Source: a bacterium
GTDB lineage: Bacteria; UBA8248
Assembly: GCA_965261085.1 (NCBI GenBank)
Contig: OZ253442.1
Location: 2,176,001 to 2,240,000 of the forward strand
DNA: 64,000 nt
Direction: 5' to 3'
The notes under the pieces were generated by a model, which was not told the origin of the DNA, did no database searches, and saw only the letters and a list, made by a program, of their open reading frames with translations. The position numbers and the translations under genes were made by a program. Shown one piece after another: positions 21,804 to 31,416 of this stretch (the first letter of the stretch is position 1; each line of letters opens with the position of its first letter).

Positions 21804-22886
21804 GTGTCGAACACGTTTGGCCGCTTGTTTCGCTTTACAACCTGGGGTGAGTCGCACGGTCCCGCTTTGGGCGTCGTGGTGGACGGTTGTCCGGCAGGCC
21901 TGCCACTTGATGAATCTGATCTTCAGCGGGATTTGGATCGCAGGCGGCCGGGCCAGAGCCGTGTGACGACCCAGCGAAAAGAAGAGGATCGGGCGGAGAT
22001 ATTATCCGGCGTCTTCGAGGGCGAGACGACCGGGCATCCCATCTCGGTGCTCATTCGAAACAAAGACGCCGATTCGAGCAAATACGAACCCTTGCGCAAC
22101 CTGTATCGTCCGGGGCATGCGGATTTCACCTACATCCAAAAGTGGGGGATACGAGACCACCGGGGCGGTGGGCGTTCCAGCGCGCGGGAGACGGCCGCGC
22201 GCGTTGCGGCGGGAGCGATAGCCAAGAAACTCCTCGCCCGCCTCGGCATCTCGATCTTGGGCTACGTCGATCAGGTGGGAGAGATTCGCTGGGACGGCGC
22301 GCGCTTCGACGCGGACGAGATAGAGCGAAACATCGTTCGTTGCCCGGATACGGAAACGGCGTCTCGGATGGAGGCGGCCATTCTCGAGGCCCGCAAGGCG
22401 GGCGATTCAGTGGGCGGCGCCATCACCATTCAGGCCGATGGCGTTCCCCCTGGCTGGGGAGAGCCGCTTTATGGGCGTCTCGACTCCGATCTTGCGGCTG
22501 CGATGATGAGCATCAACGCGGTGAAGGGGGTGGAAATCGGCTCCGGCTTCCGGGCCGCCGGAATGCGGGGTTCAGAGAACAACGATCCGTTCGAGATGAA
22601 AAACGGAGAGCCGAGGATGAGGACGAACAACGCGGGCGGAATTTTGGGCGGCATATCCACGGGCGCGCCGGTGGTGGTTCGATTTGCTGTAAAGCCGACT
22701 TCCTCCATTTTGATCGAACAGGACACGGTGACGACGTCGGGTGAGAAAACGACCGTGAAGGTGGAGGGGCGGCACGACCCCTGCGTGGCGACGAGGGCGG
22801 TGCCCATTGGCGAGGCGATGATGGCGCTCGTGCTGGCGGATCATTGGCGTCTCGGCTTGGGGAGTCGCATCGGTGAGCCCGATTGA
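21804..22886 (+). CDS. aroC: Chorismate synthase
   Basis: GESHG, RPGHAD, RSSARET and RHDPC motifs. Confidence 0.97.
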   Translation: MSNTFGRLFRFTTWGESHGPALGVVVDGCPAGLPLDESDLQRDLDRRRPGQSRVTTQRKEEDRAEILSGVFEGETTGHPISVLIRNKDADSSKYEPLRNLYRPGHADFTYIQKWGIRDHRGGGRSSARETAARVAAGAIAKKLLARLGISILGYVDQVGEIRWDGARFDADEIERNIVRCPDTETASRMEAAILEARKAGDSVGGAITIQADGVPPGWGEPLYGRLDSDLAAAMMSINAVKGVEIGSGFRAAGMRGSENNDPFEMKNGEPRMRTNNAGGILGGISTGAPVVVRFAVKPTSSILIEQDTVTTSGEKTTVKVEGRHDPCVATRAVPIGEAMMALVLADHWRLGLGSRIGEPD

Positions 22887-23029
22887 GAACCGTTGGAAGC
22901 AAAATCATCGGATTCTGGGGATTATTCGGGTTTAAGTGTCGTAGAGAGTGCCATCAATCTTCGCTTTATAGGGCAAGGGATATCGGTTAGGGTCATTACA
23001 ATTACTTCCGTTTCCTCATGGAGCGTGTC

Positions 23030-23827
23030 ATGAAACTCGGGGTCGTGGGTCTGGGCGTCATAGGCAAGGCCGTGGTGAAGGCGGTGGATGAAGGAAAAAT
23101 ACCCGTCGATATACCGGTCGCCGTGACGCGGACGGTCGAAAAAGTGGAAGATTTTCTGGCTAGTCTTAAAAATCCGCCGCGCATGACGGATCTGGCGGGC
23201 GTGGCGCAGGAGGCGGACGTCGTAATGGAAGCCTCGGGCGGAAATACCGTGGAGGCGATTTGCCATGAATGTTTCTCCAGAGGAAAAGACGTGATCGTCA
23301 ATTCCGTGGGCGCGCTTCTCGATCGGGAGGATTTGATCGAAGAGGCGAAGCGGGGAGGTTCCCGCATATTCGTTCCCTCGGGCGCCATTATCGGTTTGGA
23401 CGGTCTCAAGGGGGCCTCGGCCGGCAGCATGGAATCCGTCACCATGACGACGCGAAAACCGCCCGAGAGCCTCAAAGGCGCCCCCTATATCGAGGCCCAG
23501 GGGATTGACCTCGACGCCATTGATGAGCCGACGGTGATTTTTGAGGGTAATCCCCTGGAAGCGTGCAAAGCGTTTCCAGCGAACGTGAACGTATCCGCCG
23601 CCGTAAGCTTCGCGGGAATCGGGCCACGCAGGACGAAACTACGGATTGTGTGCGACCCCACGGTCAATCGGAACATCCACGAGGTCGAAGCGGTGGGGGA
23701 ATTCGGGCGCTCTTTTATCCGTATTGAAAACGTGCCGTCTGAAAATCATCGAACGGGCATATTGACGTATCTCTCGACTTTTTCCTTCCTCAGAGATCGA
23801 ACATCCACATTGATTGTCGGCACATAG
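23030..23827 (+). CDS. nadX: L-aspartate dehydrogenase
   Basis: GLGVIG, SVGAL, PSGAIIGLD, FPANVNV, NIHEV and ENVPS motifs. Confidence 0.85.
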   Translation: MKLGVVGLGVIGKAVVKAVDEGKIPVDIPVAVTRTVEKVEDFLASLKNPPRMTDLAGVAQEADVVMEASGGNTVEAICHECFSRGKDVIVNSVGALLDREDLIEEAKRGGSRIFVPSGAIIGLDGLKGASAGSMESVTMTTRKPPESLKGAPYIEAQGIDLDAIDEPTVIFEGNPLEACKAFPANVNVSAAVSFAGIGPRRTKLRIVCDPTVNRNIHEVEAVGEFGRSFIRIENVPSENHRTGILTYLSTFSFLRDRTSTLIVGT

Positions 23828-23864
23828 CCGCTTGACGAGCGGTGCTTGAATGGAGGGTGGTTTT

Positions 23865-24848
23865 TTGAACCAGAACGTCGTTTTTTTCGTGCCGGAGACG
23901 CGCGCGCCCATCGAATCGTTGCGAAACATGCTGGAGCCGCATGGCGAATTCCGCGACGGCGGCCGCCAAAAATGGTCGGAAGACGAATTGGTGCGCGATG
24001 CCCATGAATGGGACGTCTTGTTGGTGACTTCGAGAGAGCAAATCACCGAACGGGTGATCGAGGCCGCGACTCGCATGAAGCTCATCGCCAAGATTGGCGT
24101 CGGGGTGGAGAATATCGATATTCCCGCGGCGACGAGGCGAAAAATCCCGGTCACGAACTGCCCTGGCGCCAACGCCGTCGCCGTGGCGGAAGCGTCACTG
24201 GGACTGATGCTGGCCGCGAGCCGCCGGATTCCCCAGGGGATGGAAAAGCTGCGACAAGGGGGATGGCGCGAGGGCATCTGGATTGCCAACGAGATGAGCG
24301 GGGCCACGTTCGGTATCGTCGGCTTCGGGAACATCGGGCGGGAACTGACCCGGCTTTTGGCTGGCTTTCAGGGCCGCATCCTGGCGTATGACGCGTTCGT
24401 GCGTGATGAGGCGATACGAGAAGCGGGTGTGGAGCCGGTGGATTTGGATAGGTTGACGAGCGAGTCTGATTTCATATCGCTTCATTGCAGCTTGACGCCC
24501 GATACGCGCCACATGTTCGATGTCCACAAGTTTCGGATGATGAAAAAATCGGCGGTGCTCGTGAACTGCGCGCGTGGCGCGATTATCGATGAGGCGGCGC
24601 TGGTTCACGCGCTCAGGGAAGGGGAAATCGCCTCGGCCGGTATTGATGTCTTCGAGGAAGAACCTCCGAACCCGGACAATCCGCTTTTCAGTCTGCCGAA
24701 TGCGGTGGTGACGCCGCACTTCGCCGGAGCGAGCCACCAGGCCCGCGAACGGGTGAACCGCCTGGCCGGAGAGAACGTACTCGCCGTATTGAAGGGAGAG
24801 CGCGTGAATCCTAAGACATTGCTCAACCCCGAGGTATACGAGGCCTGA
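23865..24848 (+). CDS. D-isomer-specific 2-hydroxyacid dehydrogenase (SerA/glyoxylate reductase-like)
   Basis: GVGVENID, GFGNIG, NCARG, DVFEEEP and TPH motifs. Confidence 0.9.
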   Translation: MNQNVVFFVPETRAPIESLRNMLEPHGEFRDGGRQKWSEDELVRDAHEWDVLLVTSREQITERVIEAATRMKLIAKIGVGVENIDIPAATRRKIPVTNCPGANAVAVAEASLGLMLAASRRIPQGMEKLRQGGWREGIWIANEMSGATFGIVGFGNIGRELTRLLAGFQGRILAYDAFVRDEAIREAGVEPVDLDRLTSESDFISLHCSLTPDTRHMFDVHKFRMMKKSAVLVNCARGAIIDEAALVHALREGEIASAGIDVFEEEPPNPDNPLFSLPNAVVTPHFAGASHQARERVNRLAGENVLAVLKGERVNPKTLLNPEVYEA

Positions 24849-24976
24849 TGACGGGCGGAAAGTGCGCATGATTTATTTGTCTCGGAGGCTTGCGCCCATC
24901 CGCATCAAATCACTATACTTGCGCGGTTGTTCGAGACTCCGGACTTCAAAATCCCACAGTGCTGGAGGATGTTTTT

Positions 24977-25891
24977 TTGGAAGGCGCAACAGATAAAATT
25001 TGGATGGACGGAGAATTCGTTCCTTGGAATGAAGCCAAAATTCATGTCCTCACGCATTCGCTGCACTATGGATTGGGGGTATTCGAGGGAATCCGTTGCT
25101 ATCAGACCGAGCGTGGCTCCGCCGTTTTCCGCCTGGAGGAGCATATGCGGAGGCTCTATGATTCTGCGCGGATTGTGGGTCTCACTGTGCCCGTCACGAA
25201 GGATGACTACACCGAAGCGATATTGGAGACGATACGCATCAACCAAATGAAGGCGTGCTACATCCGCCCGCTCATCTGGCTCGGTTACGGGTCCATGGGG
25301 GTGAACCCCAAAGGAGCGCCCACTCATGCGATGGTTGCCGTATGGAGCTGGGGGGCGTATCTTGGGGAGGAGGGATTGGCGAAAGGCATTCGGGTCAAGG
25401 TCTCGTCTTTCACGTCTCATCACCCGAACAGCTATATGACCAAGGCGAAAACCACGGGCAACTACGCCGTCAGCCAGATGGCGAAGCTCGAAGCCGTGGG
25501 TGCGGGATATGATGAGGCGCTCATGCTGGACCCGGAGGGTCTGATCACCCAGGGATCGGGCGAGAACATCTTCATCGTTCGGGACGGTGTGCTCAAGACG
25601 CCGCCGCTTCATGGCGTGCTGGCGGGTATCACGCGCGACACCATCGTTCAACTCGGCGATGAGCAGGGTGTGGAGGTGCAGGTTGCTCCCTTCGCCCGGG
25701 ACGAAGTCTATGTGGCGGATGAGGCCTTCTTCACCGGTACGGCCGCCGAGGTGACTCCCATTCGGGAGGTGGACGACAGGACCATCGGTTCGGGAGAGCC
25801 CGGCCCGGTGACGAAGAGAATCCAATCCTCATTCTTTGAGATCGTGAACGGGCGCGATGAGAGCAAGCTCGATTGGCTTACATTTATTTAA
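24977..25891 (+). CDS. ilvE: Branched-chain amino acid aminotransferase
   Basis: LHYGLGVFEG, AKTTGNY, GENIF, GITR and GTAAEVTP motifs. RBS GGAGG precedes TTG 24977. Confidence 0.95.
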   Translation: MEGATDKIWMDGEFVPWNEAKIHVLTHSLHYGLGVFEGIRCYQTERGSAVFRLEEHMRRLYDSARIVGLTVPVTKDDYTEAILETIRINQMKACYIRPLIWLGYGSMGVNPKGAPTHAMVAVWSWGAYLGEEGLAKGIRVKVSSFTSHHPNSYMTKAKTTGNYAVSQMAKLEAVGAGYDEALMLDPEGLITQGSGENIFIVRDGVLKTPPLHGVLAGITRDTIVQLGDEQGVEVQVAPFARDEVYVADEAFFTGTAAEVTPIREVDDRTIGSGEPGPVTKRIQSSFFEIVNGRDESKLDWLTFI

Positions 25892-25910
25892 CGACGAGGA
25901 GAAATTCGAA

Positions 25911-26243
25911 GTGCCGATTTACGAATATGATTGCAGCGGATGTGGAGATGAGCACGAAGTTATACAGAAAATGGGAGCCGGCACTCTGCGGAAATGCCCG
26001 AGTTGCGGCGCCCTCAGGCTCAGGCGCAAAATCTCCCGCTCCGCCTTCCACCTCAAAGGTGATGGCTGGTATGTGACGGATTACGCCTCGAACGGCAAGA
26101 GCAAAGAGACGGACTCTGAGACTGCCGTTTCCGATTCGAAATCAGAGAGTAAATCCACTGAAAAGAAAGAAACGACCGCCACGAATGGCGCAGCATCGAA
26201 ACAGGACAGCAAGAAAAACCCCGAGCCGGTAGCTGCGGGTTAG
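25911..26243 (+). CDS. FmdB-family zinc-ribbon protein
   Basis: PIYEYDCSGC...CPSCG...FHLKGDGWYVTDY pattern with a low-complexity tail. RBS GAGGAG precedes the GTG start. Confidence 0.88.
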   Translation: MPIYEYDCSGCGDEHEVIQKMGAGTLRKCPSCGALRLRRKISRSAFHLKGDGWYVTDYASNGKSKETDSETAVSDSKSESKSTEKKETTATNGAASKQDSKKNPEPVAAG

Positions 26244-27013
26244 TTTTTCGGTAAAAACGCGACCATCCTCACGATGCAGCCATCGCCGCCCGTCCAGCGC
26301 CAGGGAAATGCGGCCAGCGCGAATCGTTTGCCTACGACTTTGTCGATGTCTCCACCCACGTTCTCGAAACCGACGATTCCATTCCCCAGAAGCGCCCGGT
26401 GGCAGGGCTCCCAATAGGGGAAATCCTCGCTCGTGGGGCGACCGAAGCGTTCTTCGTATTCCTCGAGAGTGAACGGACAGATGGGCTGAGGTCCCCATGC
26501 TATTTTCGTTCCCAGCGGATGGTCGAGCGCCTGTTGGTCCACGCCCACGCCCTTCACGCCGCGTTCCACGAACCATTCGCCCGCCTCCTTGTAGAGACCG
26601 GGGGAGTAGATGAAGTATTTGGTGTTGTCGCCGTAATAATGGTGCCATCCGGTATGCACGATGACGATGTCGCCCGGTTGAATCTTCGGCCTTGCGTTTT
26701 CCAAATCTTCAGGTGTAATGACTTCCCATTCTTCTTTTGGAATATCGACGCACACGGCGTTGCCGAAATAGCTTTGCAGCGGCACTTCATCCATGAACGG
26801 CGTGCCCTCGATGACGTGCGCCGGGGCGTCGGTGTGGGTTGTGCAGTGCATGAACGTGGTGATCTGCTGACTCAGCACCTGACTTTTTGCGTGATAGTGA
26901 AATCGCTCGATCTTGACATCCGGAAAGTATGGCCAAAGCGGGGCGCCGTGCCCCCAGGGGTGACTCAAATCGATGATGTCGTAATCATCCAGACGGTCCG
27001 TGTCGATTATCAT
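26240..27013 (-). CDS. Cyclase-family metallohydrolase (kynurenine formamidase-like)
   Basis: DLSHP, HCTTHTDAPAH (HxxTHxD), VHTGW, H..LLG and EN motifs. Start taken at MIIDTD; the upstream extension in the ORF track overlaps the tRNA. Confidence 0.88.
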   Translation of the reverse strand: MIIDTDRLDDYDIIDLSHPWGHGAPLWPYFPDVKIERFHYHAKSQVLSQQITTFMHCTTHTDAPAHVIEGTPFMDEVPLQSYFGNAVCVDIPKEEWEVITPEDLENARPKIQPGDIVIVHTGWHHYYGDNTKYFIYSPGLYKEAGEWFVERGVKGVGVDQQALDHPLGTKIAWGPQPICPFTLEEYEERFGRPTSEDFPYWEPCHRALLGNGIVGFENVGGDIDKVVGKRFALAAFPWRWTGGDGCIVRMVAFLPKN

Positions 27014-27136
27014 GGTATATTCGTCCTTCAACGAAAGAAGCGATGAGTTTGATGACTTTGGATTGAGGCGTAATGTAGCAAATATCACGTGACGCCGCCA
27101 TGAAAGCGTACTTGGCTCGGCGATGAAAGGGAAGAT

Positions 27137-27373
27137 GTGGAAACTAATGAGTGCCCCGCATGCGGGTTGCGATTTCGGCATGCGCATCCCAATGCGTGCA
27201 CCGCCTGCAGCCGGGTGCATTGCCGCAATTGTCTCAAAATATTCAGGGACGAGGTGGAAGAAGAACCAGAGGGACGCTTTATCGTTTTGTGCCCCGATTG
27301 CGAGGATTCCGTCTCCTGGCGAGTCGAAGCGCAGGAGGTTTCGGTGTCGAGCTGGGCGGAATATGATGGATGA
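27137..27373 (+). CDS. Small 8-cysteine zinc-finger protein (FYVE-like spacing)
   Basis: Four CxxC pairs spaced 11, 4 and 19 residues apart. Fills the gap between the cyclase gene and the tRNA; purine-rich RBS-like sequence upstream. Confidence 0.65.
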   Translation: METNECPACGLRFRHAHPNACTACSRVHCRNCLKIFRDEVEEEPEGRFIVLCPDCEDSVSWRVEAQEVSVSSWAEYDG

Positions 27374-27449
27374 GTCTCGTTTGTGAGAGAAAATGCGAGA
27401 CGCATCTTGCCAGAAGGTATGCGTAGAGGCTAAGTTACATCTTCTTTCT

Positions 27450-27536
27450 GCCGGAGTGGCGGAATTGGTAGACGCAGTGGACTCAAAATCCACCGGGGGC
27501 AACCCCTTGCCGGTTCGAGTCCGGCCTTCGGCACCA
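27450..27536 (+). tRNA. tRNA-Leu (CAA)
   Basis: GCCGGAG acceptor, GGCGGAATTGGTAGACGC D-arm, GTGGA-CTCAAAA-TCCAC anticodon arm, long variable arm, GGTTCGAGTCC T-arm and encoded CCA. Confidence 0.97.
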
Positions 27537-27583
27537 ACATATGTTTCGTCCAAGAGGATTTCCATCAGGACAAGAAAGTCTCC

Positions 27584-28693
27584 ATGCGCGTACCCCTTTA
27601 TGATTTGAAAGCCCAAAACGGGCCGCTGAAGGCGCAGATTTTGGCGGCAGTCGAAAACGTGATGACCCACCAAAGGTTTCTCATGGGTGAGGAGATCGGC
27701 GCTTTAGAGTCCGAGATGGCGGCGTATTGTGGCGCGGGATACGCCATCGCCGTTTCATCGGGAACGGATGCCCTCCTGTTGGCGCTGATGGCGAACGACG
27801 TCAGCCCGGGAGATGAAATCATCACGTCGGCGTTCACGTTTTTCGCTACCGCGGGCGTCATCCATCGCCTGGGCGCGAAACCGGTGTTCGTGGATGTCGA
27901 CCCCGACACGTTCAATCTCGCGCCAGGGCGGCTTGAAGAGGCCATCACGCCGAATACGAAGGGGGTAATACCCGTTCACATGTACGGACGCTGCGCGCCG
28001 ATGGCGGAAATTCTCGAAATCGCCGACCACCACCACAGACTTTTTGTGGTGGAAGACGCCGCTCAGGCCGTCGGCTCCAGAACGAGCCTGGGTGTGGCCG
28101 GCGCCATGGGGGATGCGGGTTGTCTGTCGTTTTATCCCACCAAAAACCTGAGCGCGCTCGGCGACGCCGGCATGGTTTTGGCCAAGGACGGCGCACGGGC
28201 CGAGCGCATGCGGAGGCTCAGGGTTCACGGCTCGCCCGATAATTCCGAGTATTCCGAGGTAGGCGGAAATTTCAGGATGGATACGATGCAGGCGGCTGTT
28301 TTGTCCATCAAGCTAAATCGCCTGGAGGAATGGAACGCAAAGAGGCGGCAAAACGCGCAGAAATACCAGGAAAGATTCGAGGCCGGTGGGATTATCGGGG
28401 AGCGGTTCGCACCTCCCTCGATTCCAGGTGAGGGACATGTGTTTCACCAATACGCGGTTCGGACGCCCGAGCGGGATGCGCTACAAGAGCATTTGTTACG
28501 AAACGGCGTTGGTTGCGCCGTGTATTATTCCTCTCCCTTGCATCTCCATCCCTGCTTTGAAGGGTACCAGAAAGGGGATTTTCCCGAGAGCGAGGCCGCG
28601 GCGGCCCAGGTTTTGTCGCTTCCCGCCTATCCGGAATTGCCGGATGCCGACCTCGATTTTGTGGCGGACAACGTGATTCGGTTTTTCGGATAG
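27584..28693 (+). CDS. DegT/DnrJ/EryC1/StrS family PLP aminotransferase
   Basis: SSGTDAL, VEDAAQA, SFYPTKNL and NFRMD motifs. Confidence 0.93.
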   Translation: MRVPLYDLKAQNGPLKAQILAAVENVMTHQRFLMGEEIGALESEMAAYCGAGYAIAVSSGTDALLLALMANDVSPGDEIITSAFTFFATAGVIHRLGAKPVFVDVDPDTFNLAPGRLEEAITPNTKGVIPVHMYGRCAPMAEILEIADHHHRLFVVEDAAQAVGSRTSLGVAGAMGDAGCLSFYPTKNLSALGDAGMVLAKDGARAERMRRLRVHGSPDNSEYSEVGGNFRMDTMQAAVLSIKLNRLEEWNAKRRQNAQKYQERFEAGGIIGERFAPPSIPGEGHVFHQYAVRTPERDALQEHLLRNGVGCAVYYSSPLHLHPCFEGYQKGDFPESEAAAAQVLSLPAYPELPDADLDFVADNVIRFFG

Positions 28694-28725
28694 AATTCTA
28701 TAATGGCTTTATGCGGCTTGAGCGT

Positions 28726-29091
28726 TCAGTTTTTCAGGGTCATGTAGAGCAGAGCTAGAAGAAGTCCGGCCACGCCGAACCAGAGGATTTTCCCCTCCGT
28801 TTTCAGATATGTCTGCCATTCCGTCCTATCGTCTTCGGTGAATAGTTCCCTGCGCGCCCCGTCGTCGTGCGGGCCGGTGATTTCCTGATATAAATCCTTT
28901 CCCCGCGGGGTGTCCGATTCTTGTTTTTGGCGGTTTTGCGCCGTCCAGTTCAAAAGGGCGAAGTAGGCGAGAAAAACGGTTATCGCCAAAAGCCCCGTGA
29001 TGCGAGCGGCCGTATGATCTCCAAACATCCAACTCCCGATTCCCACGCCTAGAATGACGAGAAGAAAAACCGGGGAACAACCGGTGAGCAT
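28726..29091 (-). CDS. Hypothetical membrane protein
   Basis: 121-aa ORF with about three hydrophobic segments; RBS GGAG precedes the ATG. Confidence 0.6.
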   Translation of the reverse strand: MLTGCSPVFLLVILGVGIGSWMFGDHTAARITGLLAITVFLAYFALLNWTAQNRQKQESDTPRGKDLYQEITGPHDDGARRELFTEDDRTEWQTYLKTEGKILWFGVAGLLLALLYMTLKN

Positions 29092-29157
29092 GTTTTCTCC
29101 AATGGCTTAAGAATGATGATTTTCGGTGACCAGATATCCTTGCGTCTTGGAAAAGCC

Positions 29158-29763
29158 TTACTCTTTTTTCCGCCCGATGCGGTTCTCCTCCCCTCGCATC
29201 AATCGTCCGATATTGTCCTGATGTTTCCAAATCACCAACAAGGAGATGAGGGCGGATGAGGTGTATACCACCACAGGGTAGTTCATCCAAAAACCCGCGA
29301 GCGGCACCGCCGCCGCGGCGAGCATGGAGCCAAGAGAGACGTATCGCGTCACAGCCACCACGAGGATAAAGACGAGCGCGGCGAGGGCCGTCGGCCCTGG
29401 GGTCAGAAGGGCGAACACGCCAAGTCCGGTGGCCACGCCCTTGCCCCCGCGAAAGCCCGTGAACGGCGAATACATGTGCCCGAGCACCGCCGCAAGGGCG
29501 GCGATAGGCTCCAGAGTTGGGGCGGAGACGCGCGAGGCCACATAACGGGCGAAAAGAATGGCTGCGACGCCTTTGAGCACGTCGAGCAGAAGGGTGAGAA
29601 CACCGCTTTTCCAGCCACTCGTCCTCAAGACGTTCGTCGCGCCGATGTTGCCGCTTCCCGATTTTCGCGGGTCTTCGGCGCCAAGCAATCGGGTGATCAG
29701 CACTCCGAAGGGGATGGCTCCCAGGAATCCACCGACCAGGATGACGAGAAAAAAAGATCCCAT
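29158..29763 (-). CDS. plsY: Glycerol-3-phosphate acyltransferase
   Basis: GSGNIGATNVLR, DVLKG, GH, GGKGVAT and H..NI.RL..GEE motifs. Confidence 0.95.
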   Translation of the reverse strand: MGSFFLVILVGGFLGAIPFGVLITRLLGAEDPRKSGSGNIGATNVLRTSGWKSGVLTLLLDVLKGVAAILFARYVASRVSAPTLEPIAALAAVLGHMYSPFTGFRGGKGVATGLGVFALLTPGPTALAALVFILVVAVTRYVSLGSMLAAAAVPLAGFWMNYPVVVYTSSALISLLVIWKHQDNIGRLMRGEENRIGRKKE

Positions 29764-30371
29764 CAAGAGATGGCTCGGATGATTTGCCGAAAATAATCAA
29801 CTGCAGAAATCACAGCCGCTATCATGGCGGCCCAAATCAAAATGGTGCCCAGCGGCGGAAAAATACTCAGGATGAGGAAAAAAATTGCCGCGACCTCCAG
29901 GCCCATCTTGATTTTGCCGAGAAAGCCCGCCGGCACCACCAGCCCTCGGCGCATGGCCACGGCGCGAAAGGCCGTCACCAGAAGCTCCCGGCCCAGCAGT
30001 ATGCCCACAACCCAGGCGTCCACTTTCCCAAGCGATACCAAGGGGATCAAAGCAGCGACGATGAGCAGCTTGTCGGCAACAGGGTCGAGAATCTCACCCA
30101 GAGGGGTAACCTGGTCGCGCGTTCTGGCCAGGTGACCGTCGAGCCAGTCGGTAAAGGCCGCCATGACGAACAGACCTGCCGCGAAGTATTGCGCAGGAGG
30201 CGAACCCTGGAGCAAGAACATGACGAGCAATGGAACCATCAGGATACGGGCTAAGGTGAGGCTGTTGGCGAGCGTGAATTTTTCTCCGGTTCCACTCGCG
30301 ATGAGGAGCGAGATCGCCTCCCGCCAGCCTGCGGGAGAAGCGTCAGATTTTTGTGATTTTGCCTTGGACAT
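29763..30371 (-). CDS. pgsA: CDP-diacylglycerol--glycerol-3-phosphate 3-phosphatidyltransferase
   Basis: NSLTLAR, DWLDGHLAR...GEILDPVADK and GKIK motifs. Confidence 0.92.
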   Translation of the reverse strand: MSKAKSQKSDASPAGWREAISLLIASGTGEKFTLANSLTLARILMVPLLVMFLLQGSPPAQYFAAGLFVMAAFTDWLDGHLARTRDQVTPLGEILDPVADKLLIVAALIPLVSLGKVDAWVVGILLGRELLVTAFRAVAMRRGLVVPAGFLGKIKMGLEVAAIFFLILSIFPPLGTILIWAAMIAAVISAVDYFRQIIRAIS

Positions 30372-30373
30372 CG

Positions 30374-31363
30374 TCAACTCAAAAAATCATGAAGCGTTTG
30401 GTTGCTGCCTTGCGCGCGAAAACGGCTGATCACTTTTTTTTCAATTTGCCTGATTCTTTCGCGCGATAGCCCGAGTTTGCTTCCGATTTCTTCGAGTGTC
30501 ATCGCCTCTCCGTCGAAGCCATAGCGCATGCGAATAATGTCACGCTCCCTGGGGTCGAGTTCTGCGAGCAAGTCCTCTACCTCCTCTTCCAGAGAGTGTT
30601 GCACCACGTTTTCTTCCACGGATACGGCGCTTTGCTCTTCGAGTAAATCGAGGTAGCTGGTGTCGTCGTCGGGAGAGATGGTAGCGTCGAGAGAAAGATA
30701 ATTCCGATTAGCGCGTCTGAGTTTCTCGATGTCCGTCACTTTTATGTTCAACCGTTCGGACAGTTCATATGTCGTTGGTTCTCGCTTGAATTCCTGCCGG
30801 AGCTTCTCGTACATGATGGAGATTTTATGGAGAAGACCGGCCTGTTTGACAGGCAGCCTGACGGTGCTCCTCTGATCCGCGAGAGCGTGCATGATGCTTT
30901 GGCGAATCCACCATACGGCGTAGGTGATGAGTTTTACGCCCCGTTCCGGATCAAAGCGTTTGATCGCATTGATCAGCCCAATGTTTCCTTCATTTATCAA
31001 ATCTTCGAGTGAAAGCCCGAAGTTTTTGTAGCGATTCGCCACGCTGACGACGTATCTCAAATTCGAACGAACGAGTTTATTGAATGCTTCTTCATTCCCC
31101 TCTCTTGCCGCAAGGGCTAACTCGTGCTCTTCATCGCGCGTGAGAATGGAATGGGCGCCGATGTCTCTCATATAGAGGGACAGCGTATCTACAGAGGGGG
31201 AAGCCGGCGCGCCTTCATCAGAATCACCCGGTGAATCGGAAAACGTAGGCGCATTGTCCGTTTCATTTATAGTGTAGGAATCCGTTTCTTTCGTATCGGG
31301 AGCCTCGTCGCGCCCGGCAGGTGAATTTCTGTGTTCGGACTCGCCTTCGTTCGGCTCAGTCAT
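30374..31363 (-). CDS. RNA polymerase sigma-70 factor, RpoD/RpoS family (no region 1.1)
   Basis: NLRYVVSVA, DLINEGNIGL, TYAVWWIRQ and TLEEIG...SRERIRQIE motifs. Confidence 0.92.
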   Translation of the reverse strand: MTEPNEGESEHRNSPAGRDEAPDTKETDSYTINETDNAPTFSDSPGDSDEGAPASPSVDTLSLYMRDIGAHSILTRDEEHELALAAREGNEEAFNKLVRSNLRYVVSVANRYKNFGLSLEDLINEGNIGLINAIKRFDPERGVKLITYAVWWIRQSIMHALADQRSTVRLPVKQAGLLHKISIMYEKLRQEFKREPTTYELSERLNIKVTDIEKLRRANRNYLSLDATISPDDDTSYLDLLEEQSAVSVEENVVQHSLEEEVEDLLAELDPRERDIIRMRYGFDGEAMTLEEIGSKLGLSRERIRQIEKKVISRFRAQGSNQTLHDFLS

Positions 31364-31416
31364 AGAGAATTACTCGCATGTGGCTAGGATGTTTGGCAAA
31401 GAAATGAGTCGGAAAA

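Noticed and set aside
27450-27600. tRNA-Leu as an island integration site
   Set aside because: No integrase and no duplicated tRNA 3' end seen in the window.
27014-27673. 200-aa N-terminal extension of the cyclase ORF
   Set aside because: Runs antisense through tRNA-Leu and the DegT start; the cyclase domain begins at 27013.
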